Below the pieces are notes generated by a model, which was not told where the DNA came from, searched no databases, and saw nothing but the letters and a program-made list of their open reading frames with translations. A DNA stretch of 64,000 bases, from positions 248,001 to 312,000 of the forward strand of contig QPMI01000101.1 in the NCBI GenBank assembly GCA_004431415.1, in the 5' to 3' direction. Both the position numbers and the translations under genes were made by a program. The DNA comes from Cyanophora paradoxa CCMP329 (lineage: Eukaryota; Plantae; Glaucophyta). Of the stretch, positions 12,001-22,904 are shown one piece after another; the first letter of the stretch is position 1, and each line of letters starts with the position of its first letter.

Positions 12001-15000
12001 GCGCTGCGGCTGCTGCAGCGCGTGCACGCGGCGCTGCACGCCGCCGGGGGCCGCCGGCGGCGACCGACGCCGACCGCGAGGCCGCCTTCGAGGCCGCCCA
12101 CGCCGCCGGCGCCGCCCTCCTCCGGCCCTCGCCGCCCGCTCCTTCCCCCGCCTGCCCCCGGCCGCCTCGACGAGGCGGCCGCCGGCGCGCACCTCTTCAA
12201 GGCCGCCTCCGTCGTCCGCGGCCTCCTCGCCGCCGGCGCCCACGGCGCCATCGTGCCCCCCGCCGACCTCCTCAAGAAGCGCCGCGCCGCCCGCGCCGCC
12301 GCCGCCGCCGCCGCCGCGCCGGCGCTGCAGGCGGCCGGCCTCGCCGACGAGGCGCCCTACGACTTCTACCGGGACCCCAACGTCCCCGAGGCCCGCCCGC
12401 CCTCGCGCCAGATGCAGCCTCCGGCGGGGCTGAGGTGGGGGCGGGCGCGCAGGTCGCGCTGGCGCTGCCGGTGGTGCGGGCGCTGGTGGAGCGGGTGGCG
12501 GAGCTCGCGGGGCAGTTCCCCGAGCACCCGACCCTCCAGCACCTCGCCGCCATGAGCGAGGCGGGCCCCTCCCCGGCCCCCCCGCCCCGCTCCCCGCGTG
12601 ACGCCAGCGCAGCGGATCCTGGGGTTCGCGGTGGGAAGCCCCGTGATGCGGCTGCTGACGGGCCTGGAGATGCTCGTGAAGCGGGCGCAGGAGTGGGAGG
12701 CCTTCGCCTCCCGGGCCGTCTCCCTCAAGCCCCACACCGACGCCCTCGTCAAGTCCGCCCCGCCCCACACGCCGTCGCGCCCCTCCGGCCCGCGTCTGAC
12801 CGGCGACCCCCCCGCGCAGGCTGATCATGCGCTGGCGCAAGCTGGAGCTGCAGAGCTGGCCGAACGTGCTGGAGGCGCGGGCGCGGGCGGCGCGCGAGCG
12901 GGCCCTCGCCTGGTGGTTCCACCTGCACGCCCTCGTCCGCTGCGCCGCCGCCGGCCCCGAGGCGGCCGCCAGCGCCGAGGCGGCCGCCGCCCTCGCCGAG
13001 CTGCCCAAGGCCCCCGCCCCCGAGGCCGAGGGCGAGGGCGAGGCCGGGGCGGCGCGCCCGCTCAGGGACGAGTTCGCCACCCTCGACCTCTTCCTCCAGT
13101 CGGCCCCGCTCGGCGAGTACGAGGCGCGGCTCCAGCTCCTCCGCGCCTTCGCCGCGCAGGCCCGCGCCGAGCCGGCGCCGGCGGCGGCCCCCCTCGCCCG
13201 CCTCCTGGGGCACCTCTGCGCGTACTACGGGCAGTTCGAGGGGGCTGTGCGGGCCCGGCTGGAGGCGCTGCGGGGGCCGGTGGCCAAGGCGCTGGACGAG
13301 CACTGCCGCATCGCCAAGTGGGACGACTTCAACTACTGGTCCCTGAAGAGCTCGACGGAGAAGTCGCACCGCACCCTCCAGCGCCTCGCCCGCCAGTTCG
13401 ACGAGGCCCTCAACACGCCCGCCGCCCACGTCCTCGGCGCCGCCCGCCCCGCCCTCGACTCCGCCCTCGCCCCGCCCGCCCCGACGCCCCGCCGGCCGCC
13501 GCCGCCGCCGCCGCGCCGGCCGCGCCGTGCGGGGGCGGGCCTCGCGCAAGGGCGCGCGCGGGCGGGCGGGGCGGCGGACGGCGAGGGCCCCGTCCCCGCC
13601 TCGGCCTTCCTCCCGCCGGACGCCGCGATCGTGGCGGCGGTGCCCGAGGGGGCGGAGCCGGCGGGGCCCCTCGCCGGCTCCGCGTACGCGGCGCGGCTGC
13701 CGCAGCTCGCGCGCCGCTCCCGGCAGCTGCTGCGCGCCGCGGCGTGCGGCGAGGCGGCGGGGGCCCGCCTCGGGCGCACCGGCCGCCTGCTCGAGTCGCT
13801 CGCGGCTGCCGTCGTGCACCGCGCGAAGGAGCTCAAGGCCAACGAGAAGCTCAAGGCCCCAAGGCCCGCCCCGCCGCGCCCCCTCCCCCTCTCCCCCCTC
13901 GCCGCGCGCTTCTGATGGGCGGGGCGGGGCAGCGGAAGGCGCTGACGGACCTGCTGCGGGCGCTGGAGAAGGGCGTGGGCCTCTCTGCGCGGCCCTCGTC
14001 GGTGCCGCCCGAGGCGCGGGCCCCGCAGGCCTGGTTCGAGGGGCCCCTCGTCGACCTCGCCGGCCTCGAGCCGCCCCCCGCCGCCCCGGGCGCCCCCGCC
14101 GCCCTCGCCGCCCTCCGCGCCGCCTGGGCCCGGGCCGAGGCGTACTACTGGCGCGGGGCGCGGGGCCTGCAGCTGCTGCGGCGGGCGGCGCCGGGGGCGA
14201 CGCAGGCCGGGCTGCCGCTGCGCGAGGCCGACCGGTGCAGCAACTTCGCGGAGCACCTCTACCACCTCCTCGGCCGCCAGCGCGCCGAGCTCGCCGCCAT
14301 GGCCCACGCCTGCGCCCGCCTCCGCTCCGCCCTTGAGCCCTGGCGCCGCCTCGCCTCCGACCCCGCCGCCGCCGCCGCCGCCGCGCCGGCGCCGCCGTCG
14401 GCGGTGGGGCGGTGGGCGGCGCGAGCGCTGGAGGCGGCGGAGGGGGCGGCGGAGGCGCTCGGGGCGTTCCGGGCGCTGCACGGGGCCTGGCGGAGGCGCC
14501 GGCCGACGTCGTGCCGCCCGAGGCCTTCCCGCGGCGCGAGTGGCCGGCCACCGCGGTCGCCCTCGACGCCGCCCTCGCCGCCCTCGCCGCCGCCCGCGCC
14601 GCCCTCCTCGCCGACGCCCCCGCCGACCGCCCCGCCGCCCTCCTCGCCCCCGCCGCCGAGGCCGCCGTCCGCGGCGCCCTCGCCGCCCTCCGCGCCGCCC
14701 GCGACGCCTTCGCCGCCGCCGCCGCGCCCTTCGGCGGGGCCCGGAGCGGCGCGCTGGAGCCCGGCGGCGCCGCGCTCGCCGCGCAGCTCGACGCGGCGGC
14801 GGCGCTGGAGGCGGAGGCGGAGGCGGAGCTGGCGGGGGCGGCGGGCGGCGGGGGGCGGCGGGGCCGATGGCGGGGGCGCTGGACGAGCTCGTCGCCTCGG
14901 CGCTGGTGGCCGTGCAGGCCGCCCGCGCCGCCGCCGCCGCCTTCCGCTCCGACGCCCCCGAGGGCGCCGCCCCGCCGCCCGAGGAGGAGGAGGAGGGGGC

Positions 15001-18000
15001 GGGGGCGGGGGAGGAGGAGGAGGTGGACGAGTCGGACCTGGAGGCGCACGGGAGCGCCCCGGGCGCCGCCCGCCGCCTGGCCGCCCTCTTTGCCGCCCTC
15101 GAGCTCCCCGCCCTCGCCGCCCGCGCCGAGGCCCTCTCCGCCCTTGCCGCCGCCGCCGCCGACGCCGACCCCGCCGCCGGCGCCGCCGCCGCCCGCGCCC
15201 TCGCGGCCTGCGCGGCGCTGGCGGAGGCGGCGCTGGGGGCGGGGCGGCGGGTGGCGCTGGAGTACGCGCGGCTGCACGCGGCGAGCGGCAAGCTCGCGCA
15301 CGTCCTCCTCGCCCTCTTCGGCGAGCTCTTCGAGCACGGCTTCTGCGACCCCCGCGACCAGGAGCAGGGCGACGGTCCGCCCCCGCCCCCGCCCCGCCCC
15401 GCCCCGCGCCGCCCGCGCCGCGCCGGGGCCGCTGAGGGGCGGGGGCGCGCAGGGGACGGCTCGGGCAAGTTCGAGGACGACGTCGGGGGCACGGGCATCG
15501 GGGCCGGCGAGGGCAAGAAGGACGTGAGCGACCAGATCGAGCGGGAGGAGCAGGTCGAGGGGACGCGCGACGAGGCGGAGAAGGAGAAGGGGGAGCGGGG
15601 CGGGGAGAAGAAGGAGGAGGAGAACGAGGGCCTGGAGATGGCGAACGACTTCGACGGGGAGATGCACGACGTCGACCGCGAGGAGGGCAAGGACGACGAG
15701 GAGCAGAGCGAGCGGTGCCCGCCCCCGCCCCCGCTCCGGCGCCCCGCGGCCCCGCGCCGGGGCCGACGGGGCGGCAGGGACGAGGAGGCGGGGCTGGACC
15801 GGGAGATGCAGGAGATCGACCCCGGGAAGGAGCGGGTGGTGGACGAGCGCCTGTGGAACGAGGAGGAGGACGAGCGGGAGGGCCGCGAGGACGAGAAGTT
15901 CGAGCGGGACGCGCCCCTCGGGGACGAGCAGGAGACCGACGAGATGCGCGGCAAGGACGAGCAGGTCCCCCCGCCTTGCGCCACGGGCCCCCTTTTCTCC
16001 CCGCTGAGGCGGCGCGCGCAGGAGGCCAAGGGGAAGGAGGACAAGGCGGACAAGGGGAAGAAGGAGCAGCCGAAGAAGGAGAAGGGCGCCAAGGAGCAGT
16101 CCAAGCAGGGCGAGGAGGAGGAGGGCGGGGAGGAGGAGGGCAGCGAGGAGGGCCCCGACGAGGCCGGCATCAACGAAGACGGGGAGGACAAGTGCGGGGC
16201 CCTCCCCTCCCCGCACCGCCCCGCCCCTGGGCCCTCGGTCGAGCGCGGGGGCGCAGGTACGAGGAGCAGCACAAGGGGGCGGAGGCGAAGGCGGAGGAGG
16301 AGGCGGGGGAGCTCGAGCTGCCCGACGACATGGACCTCGACGGCGGCGCCGACGAGAAGGAGGAGAAGGAGGCCGGCGCCGACGAGCCCGAGGCCGAGGG
16401 CCGCGAGGAGGAGGGCGAGGACAAGGGAGAGGCGCAGGGCGAGGCGCCGCCCCCCGAGTTCCCCGAGCAGGAGGGGGGCGGGGAGGACGGCGCGCGCGAT
16501 GCGCCCGAGCAGCCCGAGGGGGCGCCCCCGCCCGGGGCGGACGAGGGGATGGAGGAGGAGGGGGGCGGGGAGGACGGCTCGGGCTCGGTGGAGGGCTCCG
16601 GGGAGGAGGAGCGGGGCGAGGAGGAGGGGCCGGCCGTCGGCGAGGAGCGCCCCGAGGCGGAGGAGGAGGGCGAGGAGGGCAAGGGCCCCGAGGAGGAGTG
16701 GCCCGAGTTCGCCACCCGCGGTGCGCCCCCGCCCGCCCCCCGCCCCCGCCGGCCGTGTCGGGGCGCCGCGCGAGCGGGCGCGGGGCGCAGACGAGCGGCA
16801 GTACGCGGCGGAGGGGGAGGAGAAGCAGCCCGAGGGCGTCGAGACGGCCAAGAGCGCCGGCCAGAACGCCCAGGCCAAGCCCCAGGCACGCCCGCCCCCG
16901 CCCCCGCGCTCGGCGGCCCTCCGGCGGCGGCTGACGGGCCGGCAGGCGAAGCCGCAGGGGGGCGGTGCGGAGGGCGGGGAGGAGGCGGCGGGGCAGGAGG
17001 ACGAGCAGCAGGCGTCGCAGCAGCGGCAGGCGACGGAGGCCGAGGGCGGGGCCGGCGAGTGGCGCGCCACCAGCGAGCTCCCCGCCGACCGCCGCCCCAA
17101 GCCCAGCGAGGGCGGCAAGCGGCAGCCGCCGCGGCGCGCGCCCGACGTGAACCCGTACCGCTCGCTCGGGGACGCGCTGAAGCGGTGGGAGGAGCGGCTG
17201 CGGGTGGTGCGGGGCGCCGACGAGGCCCCGCCCGAGGCCGAGCAGCGGGCCGCCGAGGAGGAGGCGGCGGGGGAGGAGGACAAGGCGCCCGGGGGCGCGG
17301 AGGAGCCGGGGCAGCAGGAGGAGGCGCCCGGGGAGGCGGAGGGGGCGCACGAGTACCTGCGCGAGGGGGAGCGGGACGCGCTGGAGCGGCAGGCGCTCGC
17401 CCCGGCCTCGGCGGAGCAGGCGCAGGACCTCCCCGAGCGGCCCCCGGAGGGGCCCCGCGAGGACCGCAAGCCCGCCGACGAGGAGGAGAAGGGCAAGGGG
17501 GAGGCCCCGGACGGCAAGCCCGAGGGGAAGGAGGAGGAGGAGGGCCCCGCCGCCGAGGAGAAGGGCGCTGCCGACGCCCCGCGCCGCTTCGGGCGCAGCA
17601 TCGGGCGCCGGTGCGAGCCGCCCCCCCGCCCCCGCCTGTCCGGGAGGCGCCTCACGCGAGGGCGCAGGGGCAAGGGCAAGGAGGAGGAGGAGGGGGCGGA
17701 GGAGGCGGGCCCCGAGGCGGAGGGGGCGGGGCAGGAGGACTGGACGGAGCGGGACTGGCGGCGCCTGCGCGAGGAGGGCGGGGCCGGCGCCGGCGGCGAC
17801 GTGCGCGCCGAGGCGGAGGGCGAGGCGGAGGGCGCGGGGGCGGCGAAGGAGGAGGAGGAGGAGGAGGGGCGGGACGAGGCGGAGGCGCGGGCGGAGCGGG
17901 AGGGCCTGGAGGAGGAGATGCTGGGCGGGTGGGAGTCGCTGAGCCCGCAAGACGCGGCGCGGGCGGAGGCGCTCTGGGGCCGCCTCGCGCACGCGACGGC

Positions 18001-19248
18001 GGACCTCTCGCGGGACCTCGCCGAGCAGCTGCGCCTCATCCTCGCCCCCACCCTCGCCGCCAAGCTCCAGGGCGACTACCGCACCGGCAAGCGCCTCAAC
18101 ATGAAGAAGGCGCGCCCGCCCGCCTCGGCTCTCGGTGCCGGAGCGCGGCGCGGCTGACCGCTGCGGCGCGCGCGCGGGCGCAGGTGATTGGGTACGTGGC
18201 GAGCGGCTTCCGCCAGGACAAGATCTGGCTGCGCCGCACCAAGCCCTCCAAGCGGCAGTACCAGGTCCCCACCCTCGCATAGGCCTCGAGTTGGAGCTCT
18301 CCGGTTCGATTCGCGAGTCTCTGACGGGCCGCCGCTGCCGCCAGGTCCTCATCGCGATCGACGACTCCGAGTCGATGCTGGACTCCGGTGCGCCGGCCGC
18401 GTGCGCCGCTGGGGCCTCTGCGGGGCGGCTGAGGGGGCGGGGCGCAGGGTCGGGCCCGATGGCGTGCGAGGCGCTGGCGCTGATCGCAAAGGCCATGGCG
18501 CAGCTCGAGGCGCGCGCCCCCGCCCCGGCCCCCCGCCCCCCGCCCCTCGCCTGAGGCCTCGCCCTGGGGCGCAGGTCGGCGACATCGGGGTCGCCTCCTT
18601 CGGCGCCGCCATGCGCCTCCTCCACCCGCTCGGCGAGCCCTTCACCGACTCCGCCGGCGCCAAGGTGCCCCCAGCGCGCCCCGCGGGGCCTCCGCCCTGC
18701 CTGAGGGGGCGTCGGGGCGGCAGGTGATCTCGCAGTTCACGTTCAAGCAGCGGCGGACGGACGTGGCGGCGCTCCTCGAGAGCGCCGTCGGGCTCCTCTC
18801 GGGCGGGGCGCACGCCGGGCCGCGGCAGCCCGGCGGGGCCGAGCGGGTGCAGCTGCTCTTCGTGGTCTCGGACGGGCGGCTGGAGGAGCGGGAGGCGGTG
18901 CGGCGCTGGGTCCGCGAGGCCATGTCCCGCCGCATCATGGTCGCCCTCCTCCTCCTCGACGCCCCGGCGCCCCTCCCCGCCGCCCCCGCCCCCGCCCCCG
19001 CCCCGGCCCAGGCCCCGGGCGCGCAGGCGCCGGCGGCTCCCGCGGCGCCGGCCTCCGCCGCGGGGCGGCCGGCCGGGGGCATCGCGGAGCTGCAGAGCGT
19101 GACGTTCGTGGGGGGCAAGGTGGCGGTGGTGCCCTACCTGGAGGGGTACCCCTTCCCCTACTTCGTGGCGCTGCGGGAGCTGCGGGCGCTCCCCGAGCTC
19201 CTCTCCGACGCCCTCCGCCAGTGGTTCGAGCTCCTCCAGCGCGCCTAG
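1..19248 (+). CDS. MDN1: Midasin / Rea1 AAA+ ATPase (60S maturation factor), 5' partial, about 36 introns
   Basis: Six AAA modules with Walker A motifs (GPPGCGKT, GETGTGKT, GPTSAGKT, GETGTGKT, GSPGVGKT, GPPASGKT). Spliced blocks match Rea1: FIPETQEVVRPHPHFALFATQNPPGLYGGRKVLSRAFRNRF, NPGGDYGKKELSPALRNRFTEIW, GDYRTGKRLNMKKVIGYVASGFRQDKIWLRRTKPSKRQYQ. Long linker, D/E-rich region, MIDAS motif DDSES, and C-terminal YLEGYPFPYF...LRQWFE with TAG at 19246-19248. Several apparent 1-nt frameshifts in G/C runs. Confidence 0.98.
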
Positions 19249-19628
19249 CCGCCCCGGGCCCCGCCCTCGCCCCGCCCTACCCTGCCCCCCTCGCCCGCGC
19301 CTTTCGGTGGCGATCCTGCCTCGTTGGACTTTCTCCAGCGCGGGACTCGGTAGGGTTCGGTGGATAGACAGTCCTAACTAGTTCGGTGTATGCGTAGGAG
19401 CTCGCTCTAGATCTGCAACGAATTTGTGGTGTAACCGTTAAGCGCTTTTTCAAAACGGATGGGAATTCAAGAGTCAAGATGCGGCCGTTGAGGCCAATAA
19501 GGAGCCAGCGCTAGCACAGAAATAGAGCGCTCCCGGATACAGATAGCTGCAATGCATATGATGCAGTCCCAGATGCCGGAATGACTTCAAACGCAGCGCC
19601 AGCGCCGGTGCACGCGCAAGATTTAGAC

Positions 19629-22095
19629 CTAGACGCCAGTATTCTTGAGCTTGTCGATCTCTTCGAGGCGGGCGCGGAAGAGGCCCTCGATCTCCTCCCG
19701 CGCCTCCGTCTGATCGGGCCCGCACCCCTTCAGTGCCGACTTCACCAGCAGTCCCACCTGCAAGGCCAGGCCGGGGCGAGGGCCGGGGCGGGCGGTCGAG
19801 TTATGATCACGATCGCGCAAAGTCAAACTCGATCGAACGCGCAAAGCTTCAGCCCACGCACCATTCGATCAAGGGACGCGAGAATGACGTCAAGCCGATC
19901 CCTCTCGCGCTTTCCTGCATTCGGGACCTCCTCCTGCAGCTTCTCGGGCAGCCGCGCCCGCAGCTCGCTCGCCGGGAGCAGCAGAAGCGTGGGGCCAGTG
20001 AGCGCCAGCCGCCCCAGGACACGGAACCTGCGTCAGACATCGCGATCGCGATCGAGGCCATGATCGTTTAGAGTCACTTGCAATTGCGCCCGCATAAGAA
20101 CTCACACGGGGTCCTCGGGCTGCAGGTCGAATTTAGACCATTTCCCAAACCATTTCAAAGTGTCTTCTGTGGTCCACTCGAGCACCTGCGCGGGCGGCCG
20201 CGGGAGGTTAGACGTCGACGTCGACTCTCATTTCGATTTTAATCTGGTTGGATTTCGAACGTTAACGGCAAACCAAGATCGGATCAAGGGTGGAAGTCGA
20301 TCTAGATGGAGCGTTGATGGCCATGGGAGCCGCCGGCGTTGGAACTGCATCCCGGGCCGCATCCGGTGCCGCTGCAAGACTGGAAGCTGAAGGCGGCGGC
20401 GGCGGCGCGGGATCGCCAGCTACAGGTGCAGCCTCGTTGCCGGTGGCCGCAGCCATGGAATGCGAGGCCATCTCGAGCTCGCGATCCCGATCTGGAGCAG
20501 CCGCGGCCGGCGCCGGGCCCATCTGCACATTTGCATGCTCTGCAGCTGGCGGATGCAGATGTGGAGGGGCCATGTGCATCGATATCGCGGTCGCCAGCGG
20601 CTGCAGCTGCGGCAACGTTAACGCAGAATTCGAATATTAATTTGCAGAGCATGCGGTCGGCCCGGCCCCGGCGCGGGGCTGTCGCGTGCACGTGCGACGG
20701 GCCGCTAACCGTATGCGTATACGTATACGTATGCATGGAGCTCGAGGCAACCATCTCGGTTTCGAAGGCGGTCTTGGGCGTGGAGCACGCGATCGGGGCC
20801 CCAGCTGCAGCTGCAGCAGGCGGAGCCGAGTGCATGTGCACGTGCACCGAAGAAGGGGGCAGCGCGCCGGATGCGTCGGCCGTGAAGCTTGAGCTCGAGG
20901 GAGAAATCGAAGCGTTGAAGTTGAAGGCGCCGGCGGATCCGGAGCTGGAGCTCGAGGCGCCCGCAGGCGGCGCCGGCGCCGGCGCCTTCAATGCGGACGA
21001 ATTCGAGGATGTCGCAGCAGCACAGGCATCCACATGGACATGTAAAGGCTCTAGGCCTCCGCGCTCGCGATCGGTCGCGACATCGATCTCTGACGCCTCG
21101 AGCTCGAGCTCTTTCTTCTGCCTCTTCGCAGGCTGCCCGCTCGGCGTCGACCCGCGGCGGCGCCGGCCGCGGCCGTCCGGGTCGCTGGCGCTCGAAACCG
21201 GTGCTGCGGCTGCAGCTGCACGCGCACGGCAGCCTGCACCCAGCTGCAGCCTGTCGACGTCGCCGTCGTAGCTCAGTCCGAGCTGCGCATGCGCATTGAT
21301 CGTGGCCGATCCGATGATCCGGATCCGGATCGGGCGTTTCGCGCAAGGTAACGTTGGGTATTTGTTGCGCAGTCGCGAGCGAAATTCACGATCAAGCACC
21401 TCTGCGACGACGAACGCGACGGCGCGCCTGATGGAGTCCGCCTTCGCTGTCGCGGAATCATCCCAGGTGGGGTCATTCGCGCCAACTTTGGGGCGCTCCG
21501 CTTCCGGGCCGGTGAAGAGCTTCTGGAACCACGACTCCCTCTTGTAATCTGCCGAGACTCTGAGACGTCGCCGGAGCAGAATCAAATTCTAGAGCATCAA
21601 AACATGAAGTATACCGGCGATGGAGTAGTGAAGGCGGCGCTTTGCTCGTTTCTTCTCCGGACCGCAGCCGCACCATGCGATGCGACAACGGTCGTAAAAT
21701 CTCCATGCATCTTTTGCTGAGTTCAGTCGAGGGGAAACAATCTGGTAAAATATGGAAAGAGATTTCGTGAGCTAGAGCAAGCGATTAGAACATGAGATCA
21801 GTCGCAGTTTAATTTGAAGTCGTGATCCAGGCCATAGGCCTAGGGGCAGGCATGCGTCCTGCCATGGCCAGTTTCGGATCTGAATAATTTGGCAGCGCGC
21901 ACTTTTTCGTCGTCGAGATAGAAGGCGGCGTAGAATTTGGCATCCATAATGAAAACAGTTTTAGAGTCCATGTACGCCTGCCGCACTAATATTCAGATCA
22001 ATCGATATATCGATCAATATTGCACACGTGCACGTATACCTTTCCACGGTTCTCAAGCTCGCGCCACAAGAAGGCCCACATTCTCTCGAAATCCG
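19629..22095 (-). CDS. Spliced protein with a divergent AP2-like DNA-binding domain, a low-complexity middle and a possible SAM-like C-terminal segment (5' end undetermined)
   Basis: Exons 22095-22040, 21977-21903, 21741-21615 and 21548 onward join in frame through GT-AG introns of 62, 161 and 66 nt. They give ...KTVFIMDAKFYAAFYLDDEK|IVSPRLNSAKDAWRFYDRCRIAWCG...RRLHYSIA|DY... and run into ORF 20302-21585. Probable last exons read FRVLGRLALTGPTLLLLPASELRARL...|VGLLVKS...NTGV*. Confidence 0.5.
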
Positions 22096-22904
22096 CTGCA
22101 ATAAATCAAGCGCGCTTTCAGAAATGGCAGGATTACACTTTTTCGACGCCGGCGTGCACGGACTGATTTCCATTTTTGGGGAAGGACCCCCTTCCCCTTC
22201 CCCCACTTGGGGGTGTTCGGGTGCCCACCCTAGGCCAAAATGAAATGTCCCGACCTCCCAAAACCCAGGTTTTCTCGCCGGATCCTAGCAAGGCATGTCC
22301 CTAGGAGTCCGGAGACGTGTTCCGGGAGATCCGCGTCCCGTCGGGTCGACCAGGAATGAGCAATAACACATTTTTGAAAAATGCGATCTAGCGCCTCGCC
22401 AAGTGGCGGTATATCTACCGGACCAAGTGCGCCTGAATGCGCCTGATACGCCCAACGATTCATGTCATACATGCCGAGACCGGAGGGGCACAGGGTGGCC
22501 CGCTAGGCCGCCTCAAGTACCTTTGTACTTGCCAGTCCGAGACTCGATCTGGCGTCAAGCTCCTGCGAGTTTGAGTTTTTGCCGGGTACAAGAAACATCA
22601 GCTTCGTTCTCAGCTGCATCAAGCTTCCACCGGCGACATCGCTCAGCGGCTAGCGCGGTGCAACAGAGCTGCCCGGGCCGCGGCCGCCGAAACGTGAAAG
22701 AGTGCAGGAAGAAGACGCCCGCTGGTTCTGACTGCGCCGCGCCTGCCGTCCGCAGATGCGACACTCTTGCGCCGAAAAGTGCGCTCGCGCGCCGCCCGGC
22801 AATCTCGCGCCGGGCGCGCACAGAAGCCGACGCGTGTCGTCGAACAGCTCCTCTTGCGCAAGGTGCACAGCTAGATTCGATTTGTGCCGCGCTCCGCAGC
22901 AGAC

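Noticed and set aside
300-14900. Frame breaks in midasin (about 320, 7250, 8900, 9050, 9935, 10350, 12050, 14485, 14860) as programmed frameshifts or pseudogenisation
   Set aside because: They sit in G/C homopolymer-rich tracts of an essential gene whose motifs are intact, and similar breaks occur in other genes. Long-read indel errors are the simplest explanation; raw reads would settle it.
237-18723. Introns as a recently spread introner family
   Set aside because: They share composition and motifs but not alignable sequence, and show no consistent TIRs or TSDs.
1-19248. Giant ORFs on both strands over midasin (e.g. 12749-18625 minus, 1958 aa; 5966-10918 minus, 1650 aa)
   Set aside because: They are R/G/P/A-rich shadow frames caused by stop-codon scarcity at very high GC. 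The conserved protein is the spliced plus-strand midasin.
21903-21977. IMDAKFY as a PD-(D/E)xK nuclease motif
   Set aside because: No upstream PD motif was found, and the downstream spliced exon fits the AP2 helix and terminal pattern better.
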